A stretch of 64,000 nt of DNA, from contig OX638351.1 of assembly GCA_951813565.1 (NCBI GenBank), positions 1,088,001 to 1,152,000 on the forward strand. Reading direction: 5' to 3'. Below, piece by piece: positions 31,221 through 41,612 of this stretch (positions are counted from its first letter, which is position 1; each line of letters begins with the position of its first letter). The notes under the pieces were generated by a model. It saw nothing but the letters and a program-made list of their open reading frames with translations. It was not told the DNA's origin and did not search any database. The position numbers were made by a program, and so were the translations under genes. This stretch comes from an uncultured Poribacteria bacterium. GTDB taxonomy: Bacteria > Poribacteria > WGA-4E > WGA-3G.

Positions 31221-31883
31221 TCAATCATCAGGATTCTGGTTAACCTTGTTAATATCAATATATTCCAATATTATGCCATACTGAGATTTCAATTCGTCTT
31301 TACAAGCGTCATGCACTTTATCTGTAAACTTTTGCCGTTTCTGAGTGATGTCAGTGGTGTCACACTCAGCAACAACCCTTCTCAGAATACTTTCGAATTT
31401 CGACTCAAAAAACATTTGCATGGTCTCAGAGGTAATTAGTTTATCGTCAAAAGATTGCGCTGCTTTGTATATATCATCTTCATCAGGAATAATTCTAAGA
31501 TAGAAGGCAACTTCAACATCACAACGTCTGAAATCATGGGTAAGAACATCTTCTCCAATAATGTCAATTCGGATCGTATTAAGAGGAATCTCGCTAATCA
31601 TATCAATAATGGTGTTGACCCAAAGACCACCGGCAAATGCAATGTTATTTTTTGTTTTATTCGCTATAAAGAGTGCTGTATTTGGTTTAGGTATTTGGTA
31701 CCGAACTGTTACGCCTATGAAGATCACAACATTTCCCGAAAGAAATAAACCTATCACCACAGTCCAGAAGAGGATTCTATTCTCGACAAGCAGCGTGATA
31801 TCAGATAAAACTGTGTATCCAAGGTAACCAGTAACAAATGAGTAGGCAATTATCAATAAGACAACAATAGCAAATCGCATCAA
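31221..31883 (-). CDS. membrane protein with SPFH/flotillin-like domain (no coiled-coil tail)
   Basis: Two TM helices, then YQIPKPNTALF..GG..V.TIID..EIPLNTIRIDI, RCDVEVAFYLRI, AAQSF, LRRVVA, RQKFTDKV, GIILEYIDI. Confidence 0.7.
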   Translation of the reverse strand: MMRFAIVVLLIIAYSFVTGYLGYTVLSDITLLVENRILFWTVVIGLFLSGNVVIFIGVTVRYQIPKPNTALFIANKTKNNIAFAGGLWVNTIIDMISEIPLNTIRIDIIGEDVLTHDFRRCDVEVAFYLRIIPDEDDIYKAAQSFDDKLITSETMQMFFESKFESILRRVVAECDTTDITQKRQKFTDKVHDACKDELKSQYGIILEYIDINKVNQNPDD

Positions 31884-31946
31884 TTTTTCCTAAGCGTTCA
31901 AGGTACAGATGTTTGCCTGATATTCCTTCGTTATCTTTGAATTGTA

Positions 31947-32193
31947 TTAACGATCCTCATGGACAATATCATTGATGAAATCTAAGCGTTCTTCTTCGTC
32001 CATAGCATCCCAATCCAGACCCCGTGCGGTGCATACCTTTCGTGCCTTTGATTCAGCATATTTCATCCTTTCCTCACGTTCAACCGGAGTCTCCTTATGC
32101 AAGCGCGCGAACGACCGATAATTTTTCTTCGGGCGGCATTTGCTGAATTAAATCAATAATCTGTTTAGTTGTTAATTCAATAGTTAAATTCAT
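31947..32193 (-). pseudogene. frameshifted small protein, antitoxin-like
   Basis: AGGAGG RBS; MNLTIELTTKQIIDLIQQMPPEEKLSVVRALA* continues after a +1 shift near 32098 as KETPVEREERMKYAESKARKVCTARGLDWDAMDEEERLDFINDIVHEDR*. Length is 3n+1. Confidence 0.6.
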
Positions 32194-32282
32194 GCTAATC
32201 ACCTCCTAAGCCATGTTTCACAATTATAACAAAAACCCACCTCAATATCAACAGAAATCTAAGAAATGAAGAGAGAAATATC

Positions 32283-32380
32283 TTGGAAGAAAACTCATCA
32301 TGAATTTCAATATTGCAGGTAAAATGATGCAACGATCAGCAAATTATATCGTTTTATATTTTGTTGGGAAAACAGATAAA
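32283..32380 (+). pseudogene. decayed 5' remnant of a tenth VOC paralog
   Basis: Reads IMNFNIAGK, then after a 1-nt shift NDATISKLYRFIFCWEN, matching the array consensus VxxFEIAGKNxExLSxFYRSxFGWE. Confidence 0.6.
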
Positions 32381-32488
32381 ACCCGCATGGATTTTTTCTG
32401 CATACACTATTACCTTAGCCCATTTCCATGGGCATGCAATCAATCACAAAGTCATTGATGTTAAGATTGAAAATACGGAGCATATTCA

Positions 32489-32875
32489 ATGGGTAATCCT
32501 GTTACATACTTTGAAATAGCAGCTAAAAACGGTAAAGAGTTATGTGGTTTTTACAGTTCCGTATTTGGCTGGAAAATAGAACAATTACCTGGCGGCGATT
32601 ACGGCATTTACTCTTACGGTATTGACTCACAGTCAGAAGAGGGAATAGCCGGGCACATTTTTGTGTTGCCTGAGTTTTTTGACTTCACAAACCAAGTCAC
32701 TTTTTACGTTAAGGTAGACAATCTACAAACCTATCTTCAGAAGGTGGAAAGTCTTGGTGGTCATACCCTTATACCACCTCAGCAAATTCCTGGTAACAGA
32801 GGGTCATTCGCATGGTTCGTTGACCCGAGTGGTAACTGCTTAGGATTGTACAGACAACCAGAATCGAATGAGTGA
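32489..32875 (+). CDS. VOC/glyoxalase-bleomycin resistance fold protein, array copy 1
   Basis: MGNPVTYFEI..FYSSVFGW..GHI..VTFYVKVD..GG..IPP..FVDPSGN; own GGAG RBS. Confidence 0.92.
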   Translation: MGNPVTYFEIAAKNGKELCGFYSSVFGWKIEQLPGGDYGIYSYGIDSQSEEGIAGHIFVLPEFFDFTNQVTFYVKVDNLQTYLQKVESLGGHTLIPPQQIPGNRGSFAWFVDPSGNCLGLYRQPESNE

Positions 32876-32941
32876 AGCCCTCAATTTTTACGTTCAATTT
32901 GTGATTAAAGAATTTAATATGATAGGAGAAACTAAATTTAA

Positions 32942-33316
32942 ATGGGAAATCCAGTTGTGTATTTTGAAATAGCAGGTAGAAACGGCGAAAAGTTAAACGA
33001 TTTTTATTGTTCCATATTTGGTTGGAAAACGGATAAAAACCCTTATGGTGGGGCATATATGGTTGACTCGCAGCCGGATGATGCGGGCATCCCCGGACAC
33101 ATTTTTCCGGTTACAGAAGATATGGACTTTGATAAGCACGTCACCTTTTATGTTGAGGTGGACGATCTTCAAGCGTATCTTGACAAGGCAGAAAGTCTTG
33201 GAGGAAAGATCCTAATTCCACCACAAGAGATTCCTGGGAACATGGGAGCGTTTGCACTTTTCCTTGACCCAAGCGATAATTGCATTGGATTGTATCGACT
33301 CCCAGATTCAAATTAA
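32942..33316 (+). CDS. VOC family protein, array copy 2
   Basis: MGNPVVYFEIAG..FYCSIFGW..GHI..YVEVDD..FLDPSDN. Confidence 0.92.
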   Translation: MGNPVVYFEIAGRNGEKLNDFYCSIFGWKTDKNPYGGAYMVDSQPDDAGIPGHIFPVTEDMDFDKHVTFYVEVDDLQAYLDKAESLGGKILIPPQEIPGNMGAFALFLDPSDNCIGLYRLPDSN

Positions 33317-33445
33317 CCATATCCATGCTTCCTTGAGCGTGAATCGTAAGAAACTTTGAGACTTACAAAAAGAGGGTGGCGAACTAAGGTTTACCACTCT
33401 ATTTTTTTCGCAATAATACATTCAAATTATAAAGGAGTAACTTCA

Positions 33446-33808
33446 ATGGGAAATCCAGTTGTGCATTTTGAAATAGCAGGCAAAAACACTGAAAATTTAA
33501 GCAATTTTTACGGTTCGTTATTTGGTTGGGATATACAAAAGGACAATGACGGATTTTACAACATAATGCCAGTTCCAGATTTAGAACAGGGTATATGTGG
33601 GCACATATTACCCACTACTGAAGAAATGTCTGTATCTAACTTTGTCTCTGTTTATATTCAGGTAGATGATCTTGAAGCATCACTTGAACAAGTAGAAAAT
33701 CACGGTGGCAAAACCCTTGTCCCGCCGCAAACTATTCCTGGAAGCGGGAGCTCTTTTGCTATGTTCCTTGACCCAAGTGGCAACTGCATCGGTTTGTACA
33801 AAGCATAA
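33446..33808 (+). CDS. VOC family protein, array copy 3
   Basis: AAGGAG RBS then ATG 33446, MGNPVVHFEIAGK..FLDPSGN. Confidence 0.92.
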   Translation: MGNPVVHFEIAGKNTENLSNFYGSLFGWDIQKDNDGFYNIMPVPDLEQGICGHILPTTEEMSVSNFVSVYIQVDDLEASLEQVENHGGKTLVPPQTIPGSGSSFAMFLDPSGNCIGLYKA

Positions 33809-33889
33809 AATGTATAAAGTCAAGAAATGATGAACAGCGGCAATCACGCAGTTTTCATCATAAAACGATTTAAATAAGGAGAAATTCTA

Positions 33890-34246
33890 ATGGCAAATCC
33901 TGTCACGATTTTTGAAATAGCAGGTAAAATAGAAGATTCGTTATGCGATTTTTACAGCTCTTTGTTCGGTTGGGACATAAATCAGGACGAAGATTGTGGG
34001 AATACTGTAAAAACAGGATCCGATGAGGGCATTCAAGGACACATTGTCCAGACAACCGAACAGATGCCGATCACAAACCATGTTACTGTTTACATTGAAG
34101 TAGATGACATTGAAGCGTCTGCGAAGAAGGTAGAGAGTAATGGAGGAAAGGTAATTATGGGACCCATGCCTATTCCAGATGGCGAAAGTTTATTCGCAAT
34201 GTTCCTTGACCCAAGTGGTAATTGTCTCGGTCTGTTCCAGTCTTAA
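33890..34246 (+). CDS. VOC family protein, array copy 4
   Basis: MANPVTIFEIAGK..GHI..FLDPSGN. Confidence 0.92.
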   Translation: MANPVTIFEIAGKIEDSLCDFYSSLFGWDINQDEDCGNTVKTGSDEGIQGHIVQTTEQMPITNHVTVYIEVDDIEASAKKVESNGGKVIMGPMPIPDGESLFAMFLDPSGNCLGLFQS

Positions 34247-34383
34247 GCAGCAATTGGTAGATAGTCGCTTCATTATCCACAAGGTTCGTCTGAAAATGGG
34301 GTGACACCTTTTTAGTGATTGTAAAGCAAAAGTCATTTTACCATTCGTTATGATAAAGAACCAATTTTAGATGGAGAAATATC

Positions 34384-34749
34384 ATGAGTAGTCCCGTCGT
34401 GCATTTCGAAATCGCTGGAAAAGATGTCCAAAAGTTGATTGATTTCTACAGCACCGTGTTTGAGTGGAAAATTTTTCCGTTAAACGATGAGTTATACATT
34501 GCGGACCCAGCGTCATCTCAAGGGATAGAGGGACATCTATTTGAGACAACCGAAGAAATGGGTTTCATAAACCTCGTCATCATCTATGTTCAAGTCTATG
34601 ATATCTGGGGTTGTCTGGAACAGGCGGAGAGTCTTGGTGGAAAAATCCTGATACAACCACAAGAAATTCCGGGGAATGCAAGCCACTACGCGCTGTTCCG
34701 AGATCCAAGTGGAAACTCCATCGGTTTGTTGCAACGAAGATTATCATAG
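34384..34749 (+). CDS. VOC family protein, array copy 5
   Basis: MSSPVVHFEIAGKD..GHL..FRDPSGN. Confidence 0.92.
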   Translation: MSSPVVHFEIAGKDVQKLIDFYSTVFEWKIFPLNDELYIADPASSQGIEGHLFETTEEMGFINLVIIYVQVYDIWGCLEQAESLGGKILIQPQEIPGNASHYALFRDPSGNSIGLLQRRLS

Positions 34750-34788
34750 TGGAAAATCCATTCCAAACCAGTTTAAGGAGTAATCTTA

Positions 34789-35175
34789 ATGGAAAATCCA
34801 GTGACGAAATTTGAAATTGTCGGTGAGGATAGTAAAACATTAGGTGATTTTTATCGTTCCGTATTTGATTGGGAGTGGACAGAGTACGCTGAGGGATATT
34901 ACGGCTTTGAGACAGGTTCTGAATCTGATAACGGGATTGAAGGGCATATATATCCGCCAAACGATGAAATACCTTTAGTAGACAATGTTCCTTTTGCAAA
35001 CACTGTTACCATTTATGTAACAGTGGAAGATATTCATGCTACGGTTGAGAAACTTGAGAGTCTTGACGGGACGATTCTTATGCCGCCTACAGTTGTATCC
35101 GATAAAGGTGAGTTATTAGCGATGTTTCTTGACCCAATCGGTAACCGAATTGGTTTATATCAACTAAAGGAGTAA
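34789..35175 (+). CDS. VOC family protein, array copy 6
   Basis: MENPVTKFEI..GHI..FLDPIGN. Confidence 0.92.
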   Translation: MENPVTKFEIVGEDSKTLGDFYRSVFDWEWTEYAEGYYGFETGSESDNGIEGHIYPPNDEIPLVDNVPFANTVTIYVTVEDIHATVEKLESLDGTILMPPTVVSDKGELLAMFLDPIGNRIGLYQLKE

Positions 35176-35180
35176 TATCA

Positions 35181-35570
35181 ATGGGTAATCCTGTGATGTT
35201 TTTTGAAATAGCAAGCAAACAAGGTGAATTGTTGCGTGATTTTTATTGCGACCTGTTTGATTGGACTATTCTACCATTTGGTTGGAGTATACCACACTTT
35301 CCAAATGATATTTTTGCTATTGATCCGACGCCGCCTCCATTACCGGACAAAGGTATAAAAGGACATATATATCCACTATCCGATGAAATAGATTTTTCTA
35401 ATCGTGTTTCAATTTTTATACAAGTTGACGATCTGCAAGAAACACTCGAAAAGATTGAGAGTCAGGGTGGAAAAACGCTCGTGCCGCCGCAGATGCTTCC
35501 TGATAGCATGGGATCAATCGCTATGTTCCTGGATCCAAGCGGAAATGTTGTTGGTTTACATCAAATATAG
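35181..35570 (+). CDS. VOC family protein, array copy 7
   Basis: MGNPVMFFEI..GHI..FLDPSGN. Confidence 0.92.
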   Translation: MGNPVMFFEIASKQGELLRDFYCDLFDWTILPFGWSIPHFPNDIFAIDPTPPPLPDKGIKGHIYPLSDEIDFSNRVSIFIQVDDLQETLEKIESQGGKTLVPPQMLPDSMGSIAMFLDPSGNVVGLHQI

Positions 35571-35695
35571 GTGTTATTGTATCACGAAACTTGAATTAAC
35601 TTTTTAACCCTAAACAATGCAATGATATAAAACATATCAGAAGCGAATCAAATATTTTGAATCAATTTCATTTTTAATTTAAAGGAGTAATACCA

Positions 35696-36052
35696 ATGGG
35701 CAATCCAGTCATGTGGTTTGAAATAGCAGGCAAAAACGGTGCGGAATTATCTGAGTTCTACCGTTCACTTTTTGGGTGGGAAATTTCACCGGAGACCAAC
35801 GGTGTTCATCTGTGTGATCCATCTCCGGATCAGGGGATAAAAGGGCATATTTTTCAAACAACCGATGAGATGCCATATACAAACCACGTAACCGTTTATA
35901 TTTCTGTGGACGATCTTGAGGCAGCAGTTGCGAAGGTAGAGAGTAATGGCGGGAAGATTTTAATACCACCACAAGAAATTCCAGATTTCGGGGGTTCTTT
36001 TGCGATGTTTCTCGATCCAAGCGGCAATGTTATCGGTTTACACAAACAATAG
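35696..36052 (+). CDS. VOC family protein, array copy 8
   Basis: MGNPVMWFEIAGK..GHI..FLDPSGN. Confidence 0.92.
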   Translation: MGNPVMWFEIAGKNGAELSEFYRSLFGWEISPETNGVHLCDPSPDQGIKGHIFQTTDEMPYTNHVTVYISVDDLEAAVAKVESNGGKILIPPQEIPDFGGSFAMFLDPSGNVIGLHKQ

Positions 36053-36094
36053 AAAATATAAATAGTGTAAATTCCGAACTTTTAGAATAATAAG

Positions 36095-36135
36095 AACAGA
36101 GTGGTGAAAAGATTTCGCTACTCTGTTTTATTTTT
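36095..36135 (+). terminator. intrinsic terminator-like hairpin between VOC copies 8 and 9
   Basis: aacagagtggtgaaa-aga-tttcgctactctgtt followed by ttattttt, immediately before the RBS of copy 9. Confidence 0.6.
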
Positions 36136-36149
36136 AGGAGTAGATTTCA

Positions 36150-36527
36150 ATGGGTAATCCAGTTACGCATTTTGAAATAGCCGGCAAAGACAGTGAGGCG
36201 TTAGCTGAGTTTTATCGTTCCCTTTTTGATTGGGAGATTCATCGATTTGATTGGGAGATGATCCCGTTTTCCACCGGCATTTATGGAGTGATTGCGTCAC
36301 CGGCTCAAGGGTTAAAAGGACACATTTTCCCAACGACTGACGATATGGATTTCTCAAATCATGTCACGATTTATATCCTCGTCGATGATCTTCATGCGAC
36401 ACTTGAGAAAATAGAAAATCATGGCGGCAAGATTGTTATCCCGCCTCAGGAAATTCCTGATAACAGAGGAATACTTGCTATGTTTCAGGATCCGGGCGGA
36501 AACGTTATCGGAATTCATGAAGCATAA
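36150..36527 (+). CDS. VOC family protein, array copy 9
   Basis: MGNPVTHFEIAGKD..GHI..FQDPGGN. Confidence 0.92.
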   Translation: MGNPVTHFEIAGKDSEALAEFYRSLFDWEIHRFDWEMIPFSTGIYGVIASPAQGLKGHIFPTTDDMDFSNHVTIYILVDDLHATLEKIENHGGKIVIPPQEIPDNRGILAMFQDPGGNVIGIHEA

Positions 36528-36573
36528 TTATGATTAAGTGACACATTTTGTTATACAAATTTCTTGAGACTAT

Positions 36574-39500
36574 TTATGTAAGCACTGGTTTTAGCCATCG
36601 TCTTGTCGTTTCAATGTCCATTCCAGTGCGTTTAGCGTAATCCGCAACCTGATCCTCTCCTATTCTGGCAATGCTAAAATACCGCGCATCCGGGTGTGAA
36701 AAATACCACCCGCTAACAGATGCTGCAGGAAACATCGCGAGATTCTCTGTAAGAGAAATACCTGTATTTTCAGTTGCATTCAGTAGATCAAACAAAACCC
36801 GTTTCTGGTTATGATCGGGACACGCAGGGTAACCCGGGGCAGGACGAATCCCCCGATATTTTTCTGCTATCAAAGCATTGTTATCCAATGACTCATCAGT
36901 TGCGTAACTCCAAAGGACTGTGCGGACGTGCTGATGCATACACTCAGCAAAAGCTTCGGCTAACCGATCTGCTAATGCTTTTGCCATAATGCTGTTGTAG
37001 TCATCTTGATTTTGCTCAAACTCAGCACAGAGTTCAGGAACACCGATTCCAGTTGTTACAGCAAACGCGCCAATATAGTCCGGAAGAGATGTCACTTTCG
37101 GAGCAATGAAATCGCTAAGGCTTAGGTTCGGTCTGGAGAAAGGTTGCTCGGTCTGTTGACGCAAATGATGTAGCGTGCCAATAATCTCAGTTCTATCTTC
37201 GTCAGCATATATCTGCGTGTCATCACCAACACCGTTCGCAGGAAAGATTCCCACAACAGCAGATGCACAAAGTTTTTTCGCTTCAACGATTTGATTTAGA
37301 AGCGTTTTGCCATCTTCAAGAAGTTTCCGCGCTTCTGCTCCCATATCTGGTTTTTCCAGAATATTTGGATATTTTCCTGTGAGTCCCCATGTTGTAAAGA
37401 AAGGAGTCCAATCAATATAGTCAACAAGTTGTGCTAATGGATAATTGTCAAAGACCTTAATACTTGTCATCTGTGGTTTGGGAGGGAGATAATTTTTCCA
37501 GTCAGGAATAAATTTGCGTTGTTGTGCGGTAGCAAATGGCAAAAGCCTTGTCTGTTTCCTGTTTTTTGCGCGACGTTCCCGAATATCAGCATATTCTTCT
37601 CGTGTCTGATCAACCAACTTTTGTTGGTTTTCACTGCTCATCAAATTACTGACAACACTAACACTTCGAGAAGCATCCTTGACGTGAATCGTGGCACCGC
37701 TGTACGCAGGTTCAATTTGGACAGCGGTATGAATCTTTGAAGTAGTGGCACCGCCAATAAGTAGTGGGATACGGAAACCTTCACGTTCCATCTCCTCAGC
37801 GACATGAACCATTTCGTCTAACGATGGCGTAATGAGTCCGCTCAATCCAATTATATCAGCGTTCTCTTTCCGTGTTGTTTCCAAAATATCTTCCGCTGCC
37901 ACCATCACACCGAGGTCAACGATATCATAATTATTACATCCTAACACCACGCCCACGATGTTTTTGCCGATGTCATGAACATCACCTTTCACCGTAGCCA
38001 TTACAATCTTTCCTCTGGATTGAATACCGCCTTCAGTTTGTTCCATTTCAATATACGGAATGAGATGTGCAACAGCTTTTTTCATCACGCGTGCACTTTT
38101 GACGACTTGCGGTAGAAACATCTTGCCATCACCAAAAAGTTCACCTACGCGATCCATACCATCCATCAACGGACCCTCAATCACTTGTATAGGACGTTCA
38201 TGCTTTAAGCGCGCTTCTTCTGTATCTGCTTCAACGAATTCGATAATACCTTCAACGAGGGCATGACTTAGCCGTTGCTCAACGGATAATTTTCGCCATT
38301 CCTTGTTAACGCGCTTCTTTTTTCCTTTGGCTTGCAGCGTACTTGCGAGATTAACGAGTCTATCCGTAGCATCTTCTCGGCGATTAAACAGAACATCTTC
38401 TACTGCTTCTAACAATGGTTTAGGTAGATCGTCATAGACAGCAAGTTGACCTGCGTTTACAATACCCATGTCCATGCCTGCATTGATTGCATGGTAGAGA
38501 AACGCCGCGTGCATCGCTTCACGCACTGTGTCGTTGCCACGGAAGGCGAATGAGATATTGCTTACACCACCACTCACTAATGCGGATGGACAAGTCTCTT
38601 TTATCTTTTGGCACGCCTTTATAAATGCTTGCGCGTATTCATTGTGTTCTTCAATTCCTGTTGCAACAGCAAAAATGTTTGGATCAAAAATAATATCTTC
38701 TGGTGGAAAGTTTACCTTTTCTGTCAATAATTTATACGCCCTTTGACATATCTCCACTTTACGTTCAAAAGTGTCTGCTTGACCTTTTTCGTCAAAAGCC
38801 ATCACGATAACCGCCGCACCGTATTTTCTGATAAGCCGTGCCTTATCTAAAAAATCGTTCTCACCCTCTTTTAAACTAATTGAATTGACGACACCTTTCC
38901 CTTGAATGCATGCTAAACCTACCTCGATTACTTCCCATTTGCTGGAATCAAGCATAATAGGCACGCGACTAATATCTGGTTCTGCTGCGATTAGGTTTAA
39001 GAATTTGGCAATTGCGGTTTGTGCATCTAACATGCCAGCGTCCATATTGATGTCAATAAGTTGGGCGCCATTTTCTACCTGATCCCGCGCAACCTCTAAT
39101 GCAGTCTCATAATCTTCTTTTTTGATAAGCGTTGCGAAGCGCCGTGATCCTGTTACATTTGTCCGTTCACCTACGTTAACAAAGAGAGAGTCGGGTGTGA
39201 TGTTGAATGCTTCTAAGCCGCTCAATCGGCAAGCGCTTTCTTGAGGTTTGGGTTGTCTGGGAGGATATTCTGCGGCGACTTTGGTAATGGTTTCAATATG
39301 TTCAGGTTGGCTGCCACAGCATCCGCCGACGATATTGACGAATCCGTTTTGTGCGAATTCATGCATCCAATTTCCCATTTCCTCTGGTGTTTGTGTATAG
39401 TGCCCAAGTTCGTTTGGGAGTCCAGCGTTCGGATAACAGATAACAGGAATATCCGCGAGTTTTGCCATTTCTGCTAAATATGGGCGAATCTGTTGTGCGC

Positions 39501-40248
39501 CAAAACCACAGTTTAAACCTACAGCGAGTAGGTTTGCATGACGAACGGAGTTCCAGAAAGCTTCAACTGTTTGCCCAGACAGGTTGCGTCCACCGCCGCC
39601 ACTTCTGTCAGAGGAAACGATGAGAGGGATGTCAATACCTCGTGTTTCAGCAAGGGTTTGTATTGCAAAGAGCGCTGCTTTACAGTTCAGTGTGTCCATG
39701 ACAGTTTCAACGAGTAAGAGATCCGCACCGCCATCAATTAATCCCTCTGCTTGCGTGGTATAGGCAGATACAAGTTGTGCGAAAGTAATATTTCGGTATC
39801 CGGGGTCGTTCACGTTCGGAGAGATGGAGCAGCTGCGATTTGTAGGTCCCATACTTCCCGCGACAAAGCGAGGTTTGTCTGGCGATGACCATTTGTCTAC
39901 CACTTCACGAGCGATTTGGGCTGCGGCGTAGTTTACCTGATACGCTTGATCCTGAAGTTGATAGTCTGCCATTGAAACGGATGTGCTGGTAAAGGTATTT
40001 GTCTCGATGATGTCCGCGCCTGCTTGGCAGTAATTTGTGTGGATTTCACGCACAATATCGGGTTGGGTGATAGAGAGCAGGTCATTATATCCTTTGAGTT
40101 CGGAGGGGTGATTTGCAAACTGGTCGCCTCGGAAATCTTCTTCCGTGAGTCGATAGGTCTGCAAAAGTGAACCCATTGCACCGTCAAGGGCCAATATCCG
40201 TTTCTTTAGTTCATTTTTTAGATGTATTATCCGTTCAGAATCTGCCAT
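36574..40248 (-). CDS. metH: cobalamin-dependent methionine synthase
   Basis: [51 protein letters not shown]. Confidence 0.97.
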   Translation of the reverse strand: MADSERIIHLKNELKKRILALDGAMGSLLQTYRLTEEDFRGDQFANHPSELKGYNDLLSITQPDIVREIHTNYCQAGADIIETNTFTSTSVSMADYQLQDQAYQVNYAAAQIAREVVDKWSSPDKPRFVAGSMGPTNRSCSISPNVNDPGYRNITFAQLVSAYTTQAEGLIDGGADLLLVETVMDTLNCKAALFAIQTLAETRGIDIPLIVSSDRSGGGGRNLSGQTVEAFWNSVRHANLLAVGLNCGFGAQQIRPYLAEMAKLADIPVICYPNAGLPNELGHYTQTPEEMGNWMHEFAQNGFVNIVGGCCGSQPEHIETITKVAAEYPPRQPKPQESACRLSGLEAFNITPDSLFVNVGERTNVTGSRRFATLIKKEDYETALEVARDQVENGAQLIDINMDAGMLDAQTAIAKFLNLIAAEPDISRVPIMLDSSKWEVIEVGLACIQGKGVVNSISLKEGENDFLDKARLIRKYGAAVIVMAFDEKGQADTFERKVEICQRAYKLLTEKVNFPPEDIIFDPNIFAVATGIEEHNEYAQAFIKACQKIKETCPSALVSGGVSNISFAFRGNDTVREAMHAAFLYHAINAGMDMGIVNAGQLAVYDDLPKPLLEAVEDVLFNRREDATDRLVNLASTLQAKGKKKRVNKEWRKLSVEQRLSHALVEGIIEFVEADTEEARLKHERPIQVIEGPLMDGMDRVGELFGDGKMFLPQVVKSARVMKKAVAHLIPYIEMEQTEGGIQSRGKIVMATVKGDVHDIGKNIVGVVLGCNNYDIVDLGVMVAAEDILETTRKENADIIGLSGLITPSLDEMVHVAEEMEREGFRIPLLIGGATTSKIHTAVQIEPAYSGATIHVKDASRSVSVVSNLMSSENQQKLVDQTREEYADIRERRAKNRKQTRLLPFATAQQRKFIPDWKNYLPPKPQMTSIKVFDNYPLAQLVDYIDWTPFFTTWGLTGKYPNILEKPDMGAEARKLLEDGKTLLNQIVEAKKLCASAVVGIFPANGVGDDTQIYADEDRTEIIGTLHHLRQQTEQPFSRPNLSLSDFIAPKVTSLPDYIGAFAVTTGIGVPELCAEFEQNQDDYNSIMAKALADRLAEAFAECMHQHVRTVLWSYATDESLDNNALIAEKYRGIRPAPGYPACPDHNQKRVLFDLLNATENTGISLTENLAMFPAASVSGWYFSHPDARYFSIARIGEDQVADYAKRTGMDIETTRRWLKPVLT

Positions 40249-40336
40249 ATTTTTCCTTGTTTGTTAGGTAATTATGCCATATATATTATACCATGTGCAG
40301 AGCATTATGTCCATTTCATTTCAAATTTAATCAACG

Positions 40337-40834
40337 ATGGAAACGTTGAAAACACGCATTAAGGAGACAGATCTTTTGCAGAACACAAAAGAAGATTTTA
40401 CGCAGAATCAAGATACGGCGAAGATGCTTGAAGCCCACAAATATGCGATTCATTTTGATATTTTGCCCGAAATTTCCTATCTTAATCAGGAGTTACCTAT
40501 TATAATTGCAGACCTATTACAACTTTTTCACCAATTTCCCAAAGATGTATGGATTTCGCAGCAATCGGTTGACGAAGGGCTTGATTTTTGTAGAGTGGTG
40601 TTTTGGGTATTTTCGGAGTCGTCCGATGCGCTCAAGACATTTAGCATCTGGTTTCAGGCACTATTTCGTGAATCACAAGTTGCAAACGTTTTAGAATGTC
40701 TCGTCGCTTGTGCCTTAGATGAACCAGATGCTGCATCGGTAGAACTGACTGATTGGACGCGTTTACATGCTTTAGAAGCAGATGTTGAGAAAGTAATCCA
40801 GACTGAAAAAGAAAAAAATAAGATTGACATGTAA
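40337..40834 (+). CDS. hypothetical protein
   Basis: 165-aa ORF filling the gap, divergent from metH; no family recognised. Confidence 0.55.
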   Translation: METLKTRIKETDLLQNTKEDFTQNQDTAKMLEAHKYAIHFDILPEISYLNQELPIIIADLLQLFHQFPKDVWISQQSVDEGLDFCRVVFWVFSESSDALKTFSIWFQALFRESQVANVLECLVACALDEPDAASVELTDWTRLHALEADVEKVIQTEKEKNKIDM

Positions 40835-40852
40835 AATAGGCTATGCTATACT
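40824..40852 (+). promoter_or_regulatory. sigma70 promoter for the lolA-like/pgsA/thpR/recA run
   Basis: TTGACA-17-TATACT with an extended TGn. Confidence 0.65.
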
Positions 40853-40901
40853 ACTTAATCAAAATAAATTTCCCTCATTTCCGGAAAATAGGAGAATCGT
40901 C

Positions 40902-41606
40902 GTGAACCGCCTATATTGGAGTTTTGTTCTGCTATGCTTTTCACTCTGTTTTATCAACAGTGGGTATACTTATACATCTGATGAAGTTTACAAGAATTTT
41001 AAAGAGGCTTATGAAAAATCGAAAAACTTTAGTGCAGAATTTGAGGAGACCACACTATTTGGAACGAAAAAAAGGGTTACTCACGGGCGATTTACTTTTG
41101 GCAAACCAAACCTACTCCGCAAGGAATATGTTTCACGAAAAGATCCGAACCAAGTTACAAAAACCATCCTTTTAGATGGTACGTTCGTATGGTCCTATGC
41201 CCGATTGCTCAATCAAGTCAATAAGAAAAAGTTGAGTAATGACCAGCAGCGTGAACTCTTACCCGGAATGGGACCTTCTCTTGAAGGATTATCAGAAAAT
41301 TGGAATATAAATTTAGTTCCTGATGAAGCAGCGAACGCAAAGGGTGTACATCAAATTCAGTTAACCCGAAAAGACCGTTCGGTGAATAGAACTGAAGGCA
41401 ATGAAAAAGAGATACTCGAAATTTGGGTCAAAGAAGGTGAGTGGCTTCCCGTTCAATTTGGTCATGTGATTGAGTATGAAGATGGAAGTCGTCGAAACGT
41501 AATCGTGAAGTTATCTAAGATACAACGAGACAAAGAGTTACCCCCAAACGTGTTCAAGTTTGTTATTCCCAAAGATGCTGAGGTGATTGATTTTACTGAG
41601 AATTAG
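40902..41606 (+). CDS. outer-membrane lipoprotein carrier LolA-like protein
   Basis: AGGAG + GTG 40902, signal peptide, FSAEFEE, GRFTFGKPNLLRKEY, LDGTFVWSY, FKFVIPKDAEVID. Confidence 0.8.
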   Translation: MNRLYWSFVLLCFSLCFINSGYTYTSDEVYKNFKEAYEKSKNFSAEFEETTLFGTKKRVTHGRFTFGKPNLLRKEYVSRKDPNQVTKTILLDGTFVWSYARLLNQVNKKKLSNDQQRELLPGMGPSLEGLSENWNINLVPDEAANAKGVHQIQLTRKDRSVNRTEGNEKEILEIWVKEGEWLPVQFGHVIEYEDGSRRNVIVKLSKIQRDKELPPNVFKFVIPKDAEVIDFTEN

Positions 41607-41612
41607 GAATTT

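Noticed and set aside
32489..36527. Integron cassette array or DGR explanation for the VOC array
   Set aside because: No shared attC-like palindromes in the spacers, no integrase or reverse transcriptase, and no adenine-specific TR/VR pair.
40249..40336. Cobalamin or SAM riboswitch upstream of metH
   Set aside because: A TGGACA-17-TATAAT promoter lies only ~35 nt from the start, leaving no room, and no consensus motifs are present.
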